A stretch of 64,000 bases of DNA, from positions 26,350,001-26,414,000 of the forward strand of contig OX442314.1 in the NCBI GenBank assembly GCA_949358305.1, in the 5' to 3' direction. Shown here piece after piece: positions 1 through 11,343 of this stretch. Under the pieces are notes generated by a model, which was not told where the DNA came from, did not search any database, and saw nothing but the letters and a program-made list of their open reading frames with translations. Within the stretch, counting starts at the first letter, position 1; the number at the start of each line of letters is the position of its first letter. The stretch comes from Strigamia acuminata (Eukaryota). A program made the translations under genes and the position numbers.

Positions 1-1915
1 TCGATAATTGATCTTTTCTCTTTGTTTGCAATATTTTTTTGGCCTTTTTTGTTGATTTTTCGGTTTGAAATTGTTTTTTTCCGGTGTAATTTAAGTGGTG
101 GAAGGTTGTTGGCGTGTGTTGAGGGTAATTTTGGCGGTTTTTGGGTCGGGATTAGTGTTTTCTGCGATTTTTTATCGGTATTTGGGGTTTGATGCAGCGG
201 ATAGCGCATGCGAATCGCCGTCGACCGTAGCATTAGCAATTGCAACGTGCCGCGCTATGCCACACAATGTGCCGCCGCGATATGCCATCGAATCCGAATG
301 TGTGTGATGCGAAACGCGAGTACGCGCGCGGAGAACGCGCGGCAATGCTAGCAACAGGAGCGCAACTGCCCAAGAAATTGCTCAACAATAAAAGGCACGT
401 GCCTGAAACAATAGGCACTTCAAATAAAGTTATTGTTAAAAAACGGGCTTGAAAACCAACAATTACACAATAATTAAGGGGCAAGAAATGAACTTTGCTG
501 CAATGCAAAGTTCTCAAAATACAGAGAAATGAAAGTTACACTTGTATAAAGAATTGACAATGTTTGAAACCAATAAAAACTACAAAAACACACTTGTAAA
601 AAACCCAAAACAACCCCCAGAATGAATTATTTGACTCAAATTAACCCTAAAACGGTCTTGGAGGTCGTGCAGACGACAGAGTCGGATCGGAAGGTTGCTA
701 AAACCTGACGCCAAAACTAGCAATGGGACAGCTAGTTAGAAAACAGCTTTTTCATCAATCATGAACGCTGAAAACCTCACCCAGGGGTAGAAAATGATGG
801 AGAGAACGTTTTCGCCATCTAAAACGGTCTAAAACGGGTCTAAAATGCCTAAACCGGCGCCTGGAACGTGGCGCAGTTGTTGGGTCAAATATTGTCAAAA
901 ATCAGTGGAAATTTGTCAAATACTGGCAAAAATCTGCTGAAATTTGTCAAAAATTGCCAAATTTTGGCGCAAGTTACGTGAGGTTTGCGCGCATCCAACT
1001 ATGACGAAAAATCCATGCGTGTGCACGCGCGATTTACTGGCGCGTTGGAAGCGTTAAAATAAATTTTTCCAATATCTAACACAATTTGCACCGAATTATG
1101 GCAATTTTTGACAAATTTACATGGATTTTTGCCAGTATTTGACAAATTTCCACGGATTTTTGACAATATTTGACAAATTCCAGACAAATTTCAGACAAAT
1201 TTCAATTAATTTTTGAAATTTTATGAGAAATTTCAGCAAATGTTTGAGGATTGAGGAAATCTTCTGAAATTTGTCAAATATAGGCAAAAATCTTCTGAAA
1301 TTTGTCAAATACAGGCAAAAATCTGCTGAAATTTGTCAAAAATTGCCCAAATTCCGTGCAAGTTTTGCAAGTTTTGCGCGCATCAAATCGTATGCGCGCC
1401 TATACTATTGCACGAGCGCATTGACGCGTGATGAACACCGACCACGTTTACGAAGTGAATTCGAGCTACAAAAGTATCGAGTCGCCATTCTATGATGGAA
1501 AAAAAAAATTAAGTGTAAACAAACAAAATAAAAACTTTAATATACAAGAAACGTACAATTCCACTCAACTTTGTTTCAAATTTTATTTATTGGATCATTG
1601 AAAATAAACAGTAGTGTTGTGCACTGTACGCTTAAGTGTATACCGGCGATGCGTTGTTTTGTGGTGGGGATTTGCCTCGATAATTGATCTTTTCTCTTTG
1701 TTTGCAATATTTTTTTGGCCTTTTTTGTTGATTTTTCGGTTTGAAATTGTTTTTTTCCGGTGTAATTTAAGTGGTGGAAGGTTGTTGGCGTGTGTTGAGG
1801 GTAATTTTGGCGGTTTTTGGGTCGGGATTAGTGTTTTCTGCGATTTTTGATCGGTATTTGGGGTTTGATGCAGCGGATAGCGCATGCGAATCGCCGTCGA
1901 CCGTAGCATTAGCAA
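1..1915 (-). repeat. Reverse-orientation copies of the 1.68-kb tandem unit (one full plus a partial)
   Basis: Mirror image of 17796-19710; 1-239 repeats at 1677-1915 (offset 1676). Confidence 0.93.
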
Positions 1916-4806
1916 GTGCGCGCGCAAGTTAAATGTGTACAGGACTGTGAGAAAATAAAACGTGTGTGGAAAAGTAAATGTTCTTTGGTGATCGCCATGA
2001 GTTCGTACTTTGTCGTGGGCGCGAAATGTGTGTGATATATATGCTACTATGCGTGATGTAGCGCCGTCAGCGCGTTTCAGCACGCGATGTAGCGCCTTGA
2101 GCGCGTCCAAATGCGTACAGGTGTTCGACAGATGTGCCAGGGCTTCACGTGCATACACGAAACATAAACATGAAGAAAACAGAAAAAACCGTTGTGTGTG
2201 ATGTGTATAAAGACACATTACACAAAGAATACTACTCTTCATACAAAAAGCAATAAACTTTATACATATTGCAATAAACTTACAAAATGGTAAAAATAAA
2301 ATACTGGAAAACATGGCCTTGAATAATAGTGGAAAACATGGCATACTGCCTTGAATAATAGTGAAAAACATGGCGTACTGCCTTGAATACCCCCTTGAAT
2401 ACGTCGCACCGCATCATCTCGCCTCACTTCCCGTCTTGGAAATAAATAAATGCCCCGGCGTTTATTCGAGGCAATGTCCAACTTGGGCTTTCATTCGCGC
2501 CTCACATCCCGCCTTGGTAATAAATAAACGCCCCGGCGTTTATTCGAGGCACATCACCCACACCTCCCCGGCGTTCAAACGAGTAGCTGCGCGTATTTGA
2601 CCCCGGTTTTTATTTTTTCAAATTGTCGTGTGTTTTCAAAGTTCTTAATTTGTTCAAAAACAAACAAAATGGCTATTTGTTGATTTTTAATTGATTTTAT
2701 CGATTTCTGTTCGTTTTTTGCTGGTTTTTAATCGATTTTTCTGTATTTTTGATCAATTTTTGCCAATTGTAATCGTTATTTGTCATTCTGAATTGATTAT
2801 TGTCAGGTTTCAGTCGATTTTTGTCGATTTCTGATCAATGTTTATACATTTTTTATCATTTTGTGTAGATTTCTGTTGAATTTTAATCATATTTCTTCGT
2901 TTTTATTCAATTTTTGTCCCATGCTCCGCGATCAGTTCGAATAATTGACACCATACTGTGCTTTTACTCATATTCAAGATGGCGTCGCAAACTCAAGGTC
3001 GAATTCCGCTGAATTCATTTATTGCGACTGTTTGCGCTCCATACATGCGAAAAGGATTATGGGAAAAATCCTCAATGCAGGTCATTTTGGTGTCAAATGA
3101 GCGAGGAAAGCTGGAGATAAGGAAAATTGGTGAAATTTCAAAAAAAAGCTAAACAATCAAAATTTACATGAAGCTCAATTTTTCTAACTGGAAATGCATG
3201 TATCGTCAATTTCGGGATATTTTAGGGGTGAAATTGACTGGGAAGGGACCCCCACATTCCCCATGCGTCAACGCGCGCGTTGACGAAATTCAAATCCAGG
3301 TTTTCACACAGCCCCACGTTATTTTCGGGTTCCAATTGCCGTATTGCCGTATTGCCTCAAATAAACGCCGGGGCGTTTATTAATTTTCATTAATTTTCCA
3401 GACCGGAAATGAGGCGAGGTGATGCGGTACGATGCAAAATTGCGAGATGTAGTTTGCTTTATTTGTTAAAACAAATTAGGCGTCACTAATTCACCTGTAT
3501 TAGGGTTTCAATGTGTGAAATTTCAAAATTTATCGGTTCCGTCAAAACGCCATTGAAAAGTTACATTTTTATAACGTTTCAATGATGAAAACGGCCATTT
3601 TTGATGAAAAACAGCCATTTTTTATAGAAAAAACGACGAAGAAAGCCATTTTCACTATGAAAAATGGCTGAAAATGACCATTTTGACGAAAAACGGCCAT
3701 TTTTACTACGAAAAATGGCTAAAAATGCCACTTGAGTGAGTGCAAGTACATTTGGTGATGTACTATCGCGAGCGCGCGCGTTTTTGTGCAGTACAATGTG
3801 CTGATTAAACCAACAGCATTATAGAGTGATTACATTGTTCATTTGTGTTTTTAAGTTACAAAATGGTACAAAATCATAAAATAAACTTGTAAAGTGCAAT
3901 TTCTGCGGATTGATCAAAATCCGCAAAATCCGCCGCAAAATTGCGAACAGGGGATCAGCATATAGGCAGCCGTAATGTTAAAAATGGGGTCCCTTTCGCA
4001 CTCCGCAAAATCCGCATGCGCGCCATAAGGTTAAGCACTCCAGAAGCGTGTGTCGCACGCGTCGGCGCGCCGCTAAAAACATATCCTTTTCGCGGATTGG
4101 CTTCCGCGAAATCCGCATTTTGGGGGTGACTATTCTGGGAATTCCGGGTGGACCATACTCTTCCGAAAAATGTCCGGGGTGGTGTTGGGAGTGTCGATAG
4201 ACTGTTTTGTGTCAAGGTTGCCAATTTTCATGTAAGTATTGGAAGGTTCATTTCTGTGCATTCTCATATATTTTTTTCACAGGAGCAACGAGGCGCGATG
4301 AAGGGGGATCAAGCGAGAGTGAATAAAATAAACTCGTTTTTGTCTCAAATGCGCGTTTGCGTTTGTAAATTTGGTTGTCTTGCAACGCGGTGGCGCGTTT
4401 GAGTTTCGTGTTGCGATACAAACACGCACGGGTGCGTATTGGAGTCGTAAACGACTTTCTGTCGCAATGCGATCGCGTATTTGACAAATTTCTGCAGATT
4501 TTTGCCAATATTTGACAATTTTCAGACAAATTTCAATTAATTTTAGAAATTTTTGAGAGATTTCAATAAAAGTTTGAGGAATTTCTTATGCTGACGCTAA
4601 AATGCCAAAAGGAGTCTTAACTCAGAAGAGCACTTTTCCGACCACTTAGGTGTCGGAAAAGCACTTCCAAAGGTCGCAAAATGTGCTCTACGCGTTTTTT
4701 GACACTAGAACGGTCGAAAACGAGTCTAAAACTGCTAAGCTGGCGCCTGTAACTTGGCGCATTCGCTGGGTCGCTCAAAAATGAGATTCGAGCGAACCGA
4801 AACCTA

Positions 4807-5381
4807 TGAGAGAAACGCGCCGGCGGAAATATTCGTTTTTACCAATGAATACTTAATAAATCTTCATGGGAATTTAATCCCAATCTACTGTAGGCTTAGG
4901 AACCTTGAATACCAAATAAAAACAAAGGAGCAAAGGCGGGAAACAAAGAACAAGGGCCCGACGCCCGTAAATCACCAAAATGGCTATCTGCCAGACACGC
5001 TAGTGGCCTTGAGCCACTTCTAACTTCGTTTTCGAGGTTGTGGGTCTCGAAAACGACTAAACCGAGTGGTGGGAACGATTCCCGAGGTCTTTTTAGTCAA
5101 TGTCGCCCAAAACCCGAATCAACAAGCTAACTTTCAACGAGAAACGAAGACTGGAGCCGAATGCGGTGATAAGCGCTCATTCCAGACTCGTGTAAGCGAT
5201 CTCCGCTTAAAGCCAGTTGCTCTGAGCAGACGACGCAATCGCTTACCAAGGAAAAAGACGGGTTTATGGGCTCAAAACCCGACGAAACACTTAAACAGGA
5301 TCCAGAAATTACCAAGCGAGTTGGTAAGCTAAACTAAAACTGTAAAATAAGTTGGGGACTTGGTAAAATGCGAGTCTCTCA
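4807..5381 (+). mobile_element. Solo-LTR-like segment (575 bp)
   Basis: Termini TGAGAGAAACGC...GCGAGTCTCTCA (TG..CA, 10/12 inverted match), AATAAA near 4915, several short internal hairpins. No clean TSD. Confidence 0.45.
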
Positions 5382-5544
5382 AACTTTTGTTGCGTCCTGC
5401 TCGCAACACGCGCGATGTACGCGCGTGGCCGCGTGTTGAACGTGCGCACTACGCGCAAGAACCGTACAAACCGAGGTAAAACGAATTAAACACATATCTA
5501 ATGCAAAAACAATTATTAAATACATCATTCTTGTTGCTGTTTGC

Positions 5545-8379
5545 AAACTTGCAAAACTTGCACCGAATTTGGGCAATTTTTTACAAATTTCAGCAGATTT
5601 TTGTCTATATTTGACAAATTTCAGCAGATTTTTGTCTATATTTGACAAATTTCAGCAGATTTCCTCAATCCTCAAACATTTGCTGATATTTCTCAAACAT
5701 TTTCTAAAATTAATTGAAATCTGTCTGAAATTTGTCTTGAATGTGTCAAATATTGTCAAAAATCCGTGGAAATTTGTCAAATACTGGCAAAAATCCATGT
5801 AAATTTGTCAAAAATTGCCATAATTCGGTGCAAATTGTGTTAGATATTGGAAAAATTTATTTTAACGCTTCCAACGCGCCAGTAAATCGCGCGTGCACAC
5901 GCGTGGATTTTTCGTCATAGTTGGATGCGCGCAAACCTCACGTAACTTGCGCCAAAATTTGGCAATTTTTGACAAATTTCAGCAGATTTTTGCCAGTATT
6001 TGACAAATTTCCACTGATTTTTGACAATATTTGACCCAACAACTGCGCCACGTTCCAGGCGCCGGTTTAGGCATTTTAGACCCGTTTTAGACCGTTTTAG
6101 ATGGCGAAAACGTTCTCTCCATCATTTTCTACCCCTGGGTGAGGTTTTCAGCGTTCATGATTGATGAAAAAGCTGTTTTCTAACTAGCTGTCCCATTGCT
6201 AGTTTTGGCGTCAGGTTTTAGCAACCTTCCGATCCGACTCTGTCGTCTGCACGACCTCCAAGACCGTTTTAGGGTTAATTTGAGTCAAATAATTCATTCT
6301 GGGGGTTGTTTTGGGTTTTTTACAAGTGTGTTTTTGTAGTTTTTATTGGTTTCAAACATTGTCAATTCTTTATACAAGTGTAACTTTCATTTCTCTGTAT
6401 TTTGAGAACTTTGCATTGCAGCAAAGTTCATTTCTTGCCCCTTAATTATTGTGTAATTGTTGGTTTTCAAGCCCGTTTTTTAACAATAACTTTATTTGAA
6501 GTGCCTATTGTTTCAGGCACGTGCTTCCACGTGCCTTTTATTGTTGAGCAATTTCTTGGGCAGTTGCGCTCCTGTTGCTAGCATTGCCGCGCGTTCTCCG
6601 CGCGCGTACTCGCGTTTCGCATCACACACATTCGGATTCGATGGCCTATCGCGGCGGCACATTGTGTGGCATAGCGCGGCAGGTTGCAATTGCTAATGCT
6701 ACGGTCGACGGCGATTCGCATGCGCTATCCGCTGCATCAAACCCCAAATACCGATCAAAAATCGCAGAAAACACTAATCCCGACCCAAAAACCGCCAAAA
6801 TTACCCTCAACACACGCCAACAACCTTCCACCACTTAAATTACACCGGAAAAAAACAATTTCAAACCGAAAAATCAACAAAAAAGGCCAAAAAAATATTG
6901 CAAACAAAGAGAAAAGATCAATTATCGAGGCAAATCCCCACCACAAAACAACGCATCGCCGGTATACACTTAAGCGTACAGTGCACAACACTACTGTTTA
7001 TTTTCAATGATCCAATAAATAAAATTTGAAACAAAGTTGAGTGGAATTGTACGTTTCTTGTATATTAAAGTTTTTATTTTGTTTGTTTACACTTAATTTT
7101 TTTTTTCCATCATAGAATGGCGACTCGATACTTTTGTAGCTCGAATTCACTTCGTAAACGTGGTCGGTGTTCATCACGCGTCAATGCGCTCGTGCAATAG
7201 TATAGGCGCGCATACGATTTGATGCGCGCAAAACTTGCAAAACTTGCACGGAATTTGGGCAATTTTTGACAAATTTCAGCAGATTTTTGCCTGTATTTGA
7301 CAAATTTCAGAAGATTTTTGCCTATATTTGACAAATTTCAGAAGATTTCCTCAATCCTCAAACATTTGCTGAAATTTCTCATAAAATTTCTAAAATTAAT
7401 TGAAATTTGTCTGAAATTTGTCTGGAATTTGTCAAATATTGTCAAAAATCCGTGGAAATTTGTCAAATACTGGCAAAAATCCATGTAAATTTGTCAAAAA
7501 TTGCCATAATTCGGTGCAAATTGTGTTAGATATTGGAAAAATTTATTTTAACGCTTCCAACGCGCCAGTAAATCGCGCGTGCACACGCATGGATTTTTTG
7601 TCATAGTTGGATGCGCGCAAACCTCACGTAACTTGCGCCAAAATTTGGCAATTTTTGACAAATTTCAGCAGATTTTTGCCAGTATTTGACAAATTTCCAC
7701 TGATTTTTGACAATATTTGACCCAACAACTGCGCCACGTTCCAGGCGCCGGTTTAGGCATTTTAGACCCGTTTTAGACCGTTTTAGATGGCGAAAACGTT
7801 CTCTCCATCATTTTCTACCCCTGGGTGAGGTTTTCAGCGTTCATAATTGATGAAAAAGCTGTTTTCTAACTAGCTGTCCCATTGCTAGTTTTGGCGTCAG
7901 GTTTTAGCAACCTTCCGATCCGACTCTGTCGTCTGCACGACCTCCAAGACTGTTTTAGGGTTAATTTGAGTCAAATAATTCATTCTGGGTGTTGTTTTGG
8001 GTTTTTTACAAGTGTGTTTTTGTAGTTTTTATTGGTTTCAAACATTGTCAATTCTTTATACAAGTGTAACTTTCATTTCTCTGTATTTTGAGAACTTTGC
8101 ATTGCAGCAAAGTTCATTTCTTGCCCCTTAATTATTGTGTAATTGTTGGTTTTCAAGCCCGTTTTTTAACAATAACTTTATTTGAAGTGCCTATTGTTTC
8201 AGGCACGTGCTTCCACGTGCCTTTTATTGTTGAGCAATTTCTTGGGCAGTTGCGCTCCTGTTGCTAGCATTGCCGCGCGTTCTCCGCGCGCGTACTCGCG
8301 CGTTTCGCATCACACACATTCGGGTTCAATGGCCTATCGCGGCGGCACATTGTGTGGCATAGCGCGGCACGTTGCAATT
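5545..8379 (+). repeat. Partial diverged unit plus one full 1.69-kb unit leading into the hairpin cassette
   Basis: 6690-8379 matches 22834-24523 (offset 16144); 5545-6689 is a 5'-truncated variant of the unit. Confidence 0.92.
7258..7720. repeat. ~28-bp subrepeats (TTTGACAAATTTCAGCAGATTTTTGCC-like) in both orientations inside the 1.68-kb unit
   Basis: Repeated TTTGACAAATTTC cores at 28-bp spacing (e.g. 7265, 7296, 7328 region) and the reverse complement GAAATTTGTCAAA in between; the pattern recurs in every unit. Confidence 0.8.
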
Positions 8380-8455
8380 ACGTGACGTGGCACGTTGCTG
8401 TTACGTGACGCGATAGCCAGTATTTAAGCAGGGGATTCCATCATCGTTTACACAA
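8368..8455 (+). promoter_or_regulatory. Putative Pol II promoter facing into the hairpin cassette
   Basis: CACGTTG-CAA-TTACGTG (8368-8384), CACGTTG-CTG-TTACGTG (8391-8407), TATTTAA (8421-8427), and TTTACACA about 30 nt downstream of the TATA start. Function is inferred. Confidence 0.5.
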
Positions 8456-8518
8456 ATGCGCATTGCAACGTGGAGGCGCATTCGAGTCCTTTTCCCAAGC
8501 GTTGAAAAAGGACAAAAC

Positions 8519-8886
8519 TCGTATTCGATTCGAAAGCGAATCGAATACGATTTTTGTCCTTTTTCAACGCAAAATTGTATTCGATTCGCTTTCGAATCGA
8601 ATACGAGTTTTGCCCTTCTTCAACGCGAAATCGTATTCGACTCGCTTTCGAGTCGAATGCGAATTTTTCCCTTCTTCAACGCGAAATCGTATTCGACTCG
8701 TTTTCGAGTCGAGTACGAGTTTTGCCCTTCTTCAACGCGAAATCGTATTCGACTCGTTTTCGAGTCGAATACGAGTTTTGCCCTTCTTCAACGCGAAATC
8801 GTATTCGACTCGTTTTCGAGTCGAGTACGAGTTTTGCCCTTCTTCAACGCGAAATCGTATTCGACTCGTTTTCGAGTCGAATACGA
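8519..8886 (+). repeat. 56-bp tandem stem-loop array, 7 units
   Basis: Unit CCCTTCTTCAACGCGAAA-TCGTATTCGACTCG-TTTT-CGAGTCGARTACGA-GTTTTG; 14-bp stems start at 8519, 8575, 8631, 8687, 8743, 8799, 8855. Confidence 0.95.
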
Positions 8887-10544
8887 GATAGTCGATGACC
8901 CGTTCCCGGACTTTGACTCGTACGACTCGTATTCGAGATGTATTCGAGATGTATTCGAGATGTATTCGAATCGTATTCGAGTCGCATTCGAGATGGTCGA
9001 TGATTTCCACTCGCTCGTATACGCGTTGTATACGAGCTCGTATTTTGATCGTAATCGTAAACGAATCGTTTACAAGTCGTATACAAGTTGTATACGACGT
9101 GTATACACCTCGTATACGAACGAAGTTTGTGAAAACACAATTTCCAAATAAGACGTATGTGACTACTATGTGTTTTCATGTCGTAGTAAGTATCCGGTGG
9201 ATTTTCCAAACTTCGTTCGTATACGAGGTGTATACACGTCGTATACAACTTGTATACGACTTGTAAACGATTCGTTTACGATTACGATCAAAATACGAGC
9301 TCGTATACAACGCGTATACGAGCGAGTGGAAATCATCGACCATCTCGAATGCGACTCGAATACGATTCGAATACATCTCGAATACATCTCGAATACGAGT
9401 CGTATACGAGATGGTCGATTTTTGTTTCCCGGACTTTGATTCGTATTCGAGTTGTTACGAGTTCGTATTTTGATCGTATTCGTATTCGAATCGAATTCGA
9501 ATCGTATTCGAATCGAATACGAATCGAATTCGAGTCGTATTCGAGATGGTCGATGATTTCCACTCGCTCGTATACGCGTTGTATACGAGCTCGTATTTTG
9601 ATCGTAATCGTAAACGAATCGTTTACAAGTCGTATACAAGTTGTATACGACGTGTATACACCTCGTATACGAACGAAGTTTGTGAAAACACAATTTCCAA
9701 ATAAGACGTATGTGACTACTATGTGTTTTCATGTCGTAGTAAGTATCCGGTGGATTTTCCAAACTTCGTTCGTATACGAGGTGTATACACGTCGTATACA
9801 ACTTGTATACGACTTGTAAACGATTCGTTTACGATTACGATCAAAATACGAGCTCGTATACAACGCGTATACGAGCGAGTGGAAATCATCGACCATCTCG
9901 AATGCGACTCGAATACGATTCGAATACATCCCGAATACATCTCGAATACGAGTCGTATACGAGATGGTCGATTTTTGTTTCCCGGACTTTGATTCGTATT
10001 CGAGTTGTTACGAGTTCGTATTTTGATCGTATTCGTATTCGAATCGAATTCGAATCGAATACGAATCGAATTCGAGTCGTATTCGAGATGGTCGATGATT
10101 TCCACTCGCTCGTATACGCGTTGTATACGAGCTCGTATTTTGATCGTAATCGTAAACGAATCGTTTACAAGTCGTATACAAGTTGTATACGACGTGTATA
10201 CACCTCGTATACGAACGAAGTTTGTGAAAACACAATTTCCAAATAAGACGTATGTGACTACTATGTGTTTTCATGTCGTAGTAAGTATCCGGTGGATTTT
10301 CCAAACTTCGTTCGTATACGAGGTGTATACACGTCGTATACAACTTGTATACGACTTGTAAACGATTCGTTTACGATTACGATCAAAATACGAGCTCGTA
10401 TACAACGCGTATACGAGCGAGTGGAAATCATCGACCATCTCGAATGCGACTCGAATACGATTCGAATACATCTCGAATACATCTCGAATACATCTCGAAT
10501 ACGAGTCGTACGAGTCAAAGTCCGGGAACGGGTCATCGACTATC
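8887..10544. repeat. Three tandem long fold-backs (periods 553 and 542 bp), CpG-rich
   Basis: Arms of ~150-240 bp in alternating orientation around an identical 77-nt loop at 9130, 9683 and 10225. Outermost arms 8887-9129 and 10302-10544 are mirror images. Confidence 0.95.
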
Positions 10545-11192
10545 TCGTATTCGACTCGAAAACGAGTCGAATACGATTTCGCGTTGAAGAAGGGCAAAAC
10601 TCGTACTCGACTCGAAAACGAGTCGAATACGATTTCGCGTTGAAGAAGGGCAAAACTCGTATTCGACTCGAAAACGAGTCGAATACGATTTCGCGTTGAA
10701 GAAGGGCAAAACTCGTACTCGACTCGAAAACGAGTCGAATACGATTTCGCGTTGAAGAAGGGCAAAACTCGTATTCGACTCGAAAACGAGTCGAATACGA
10801 TTTCGCGTTGAAGAAGGGCAAAACTCGTACTCGACTCGAAAACGAGTCGAATACGATTTCGCGTTGAAGAAGGGCAAAACTCGTACTCGACTCGAAAACG
10901 AGTCGAATACGATTTCGCGTTGAAGAAGGGCAAAACTCGTATTCGACTCGAAAACGAGTCGAATACGATTTCGCGTTGAAGAAGGGCAAAACTCGTACTC
11001 GACTCGAAAACGAGTCGAATACGATTTCGCGTTGAAGAAGGGAAAAATTCGCATTCGACTCGAAAGCGAGTCGAATACGATTTCGCGTTGAAGAAGGGCA
11101 AAACTCGTATTCGATTCGAAAGCGAATCGAATACAATTTTGCGTTGAAAAAGGACAAAAATCGTATTCGATTCGCTTTCGAATCGAATACGA
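10545..11192 (-). repeat. 56-bp tandem stem-loop array, 12 units
   Basis: Reverse complement of the 8519 array; 648 bp = 11x56+32. Confidence 0.95.
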
Positions 11193-11255
11193 GTTTTGTC
11201 CTTTTTCAACGCTTGGGAAAAGGACTCGAATGCGCCTCCACGTTGCAATGCGCAT

Positions 11256-11343
11256 TTGTGTAAACGATGATGGAATCCCCTGCTTAAATACTGGCTATCG
11301 CGTCACGTAACAGCAACGTGCCACGTCACGTAATTGCAACGTG
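11256..11343 (-). promoter_or_regulatory. Mirror copy of the putative promoter, facing leftward into the cassette
   Basis: TTAAATA at 11284-11290 and reverse-complement composite motifs at 11304-11343. Confidence 0.5.

Noticed and set aside
9130..9206. Hammerhead or other small ribozyme in the loop
   Set aside because: No CUGANGA..GAAA core was found on either strand by eye; an Infernal search would be needed to exclude other classes.
8519..11192. CRISPR array
   Set aside because: The linkers between hairpins are near-identical rather than unique spacers, there are no cas genes, and the context is eukaryotic.
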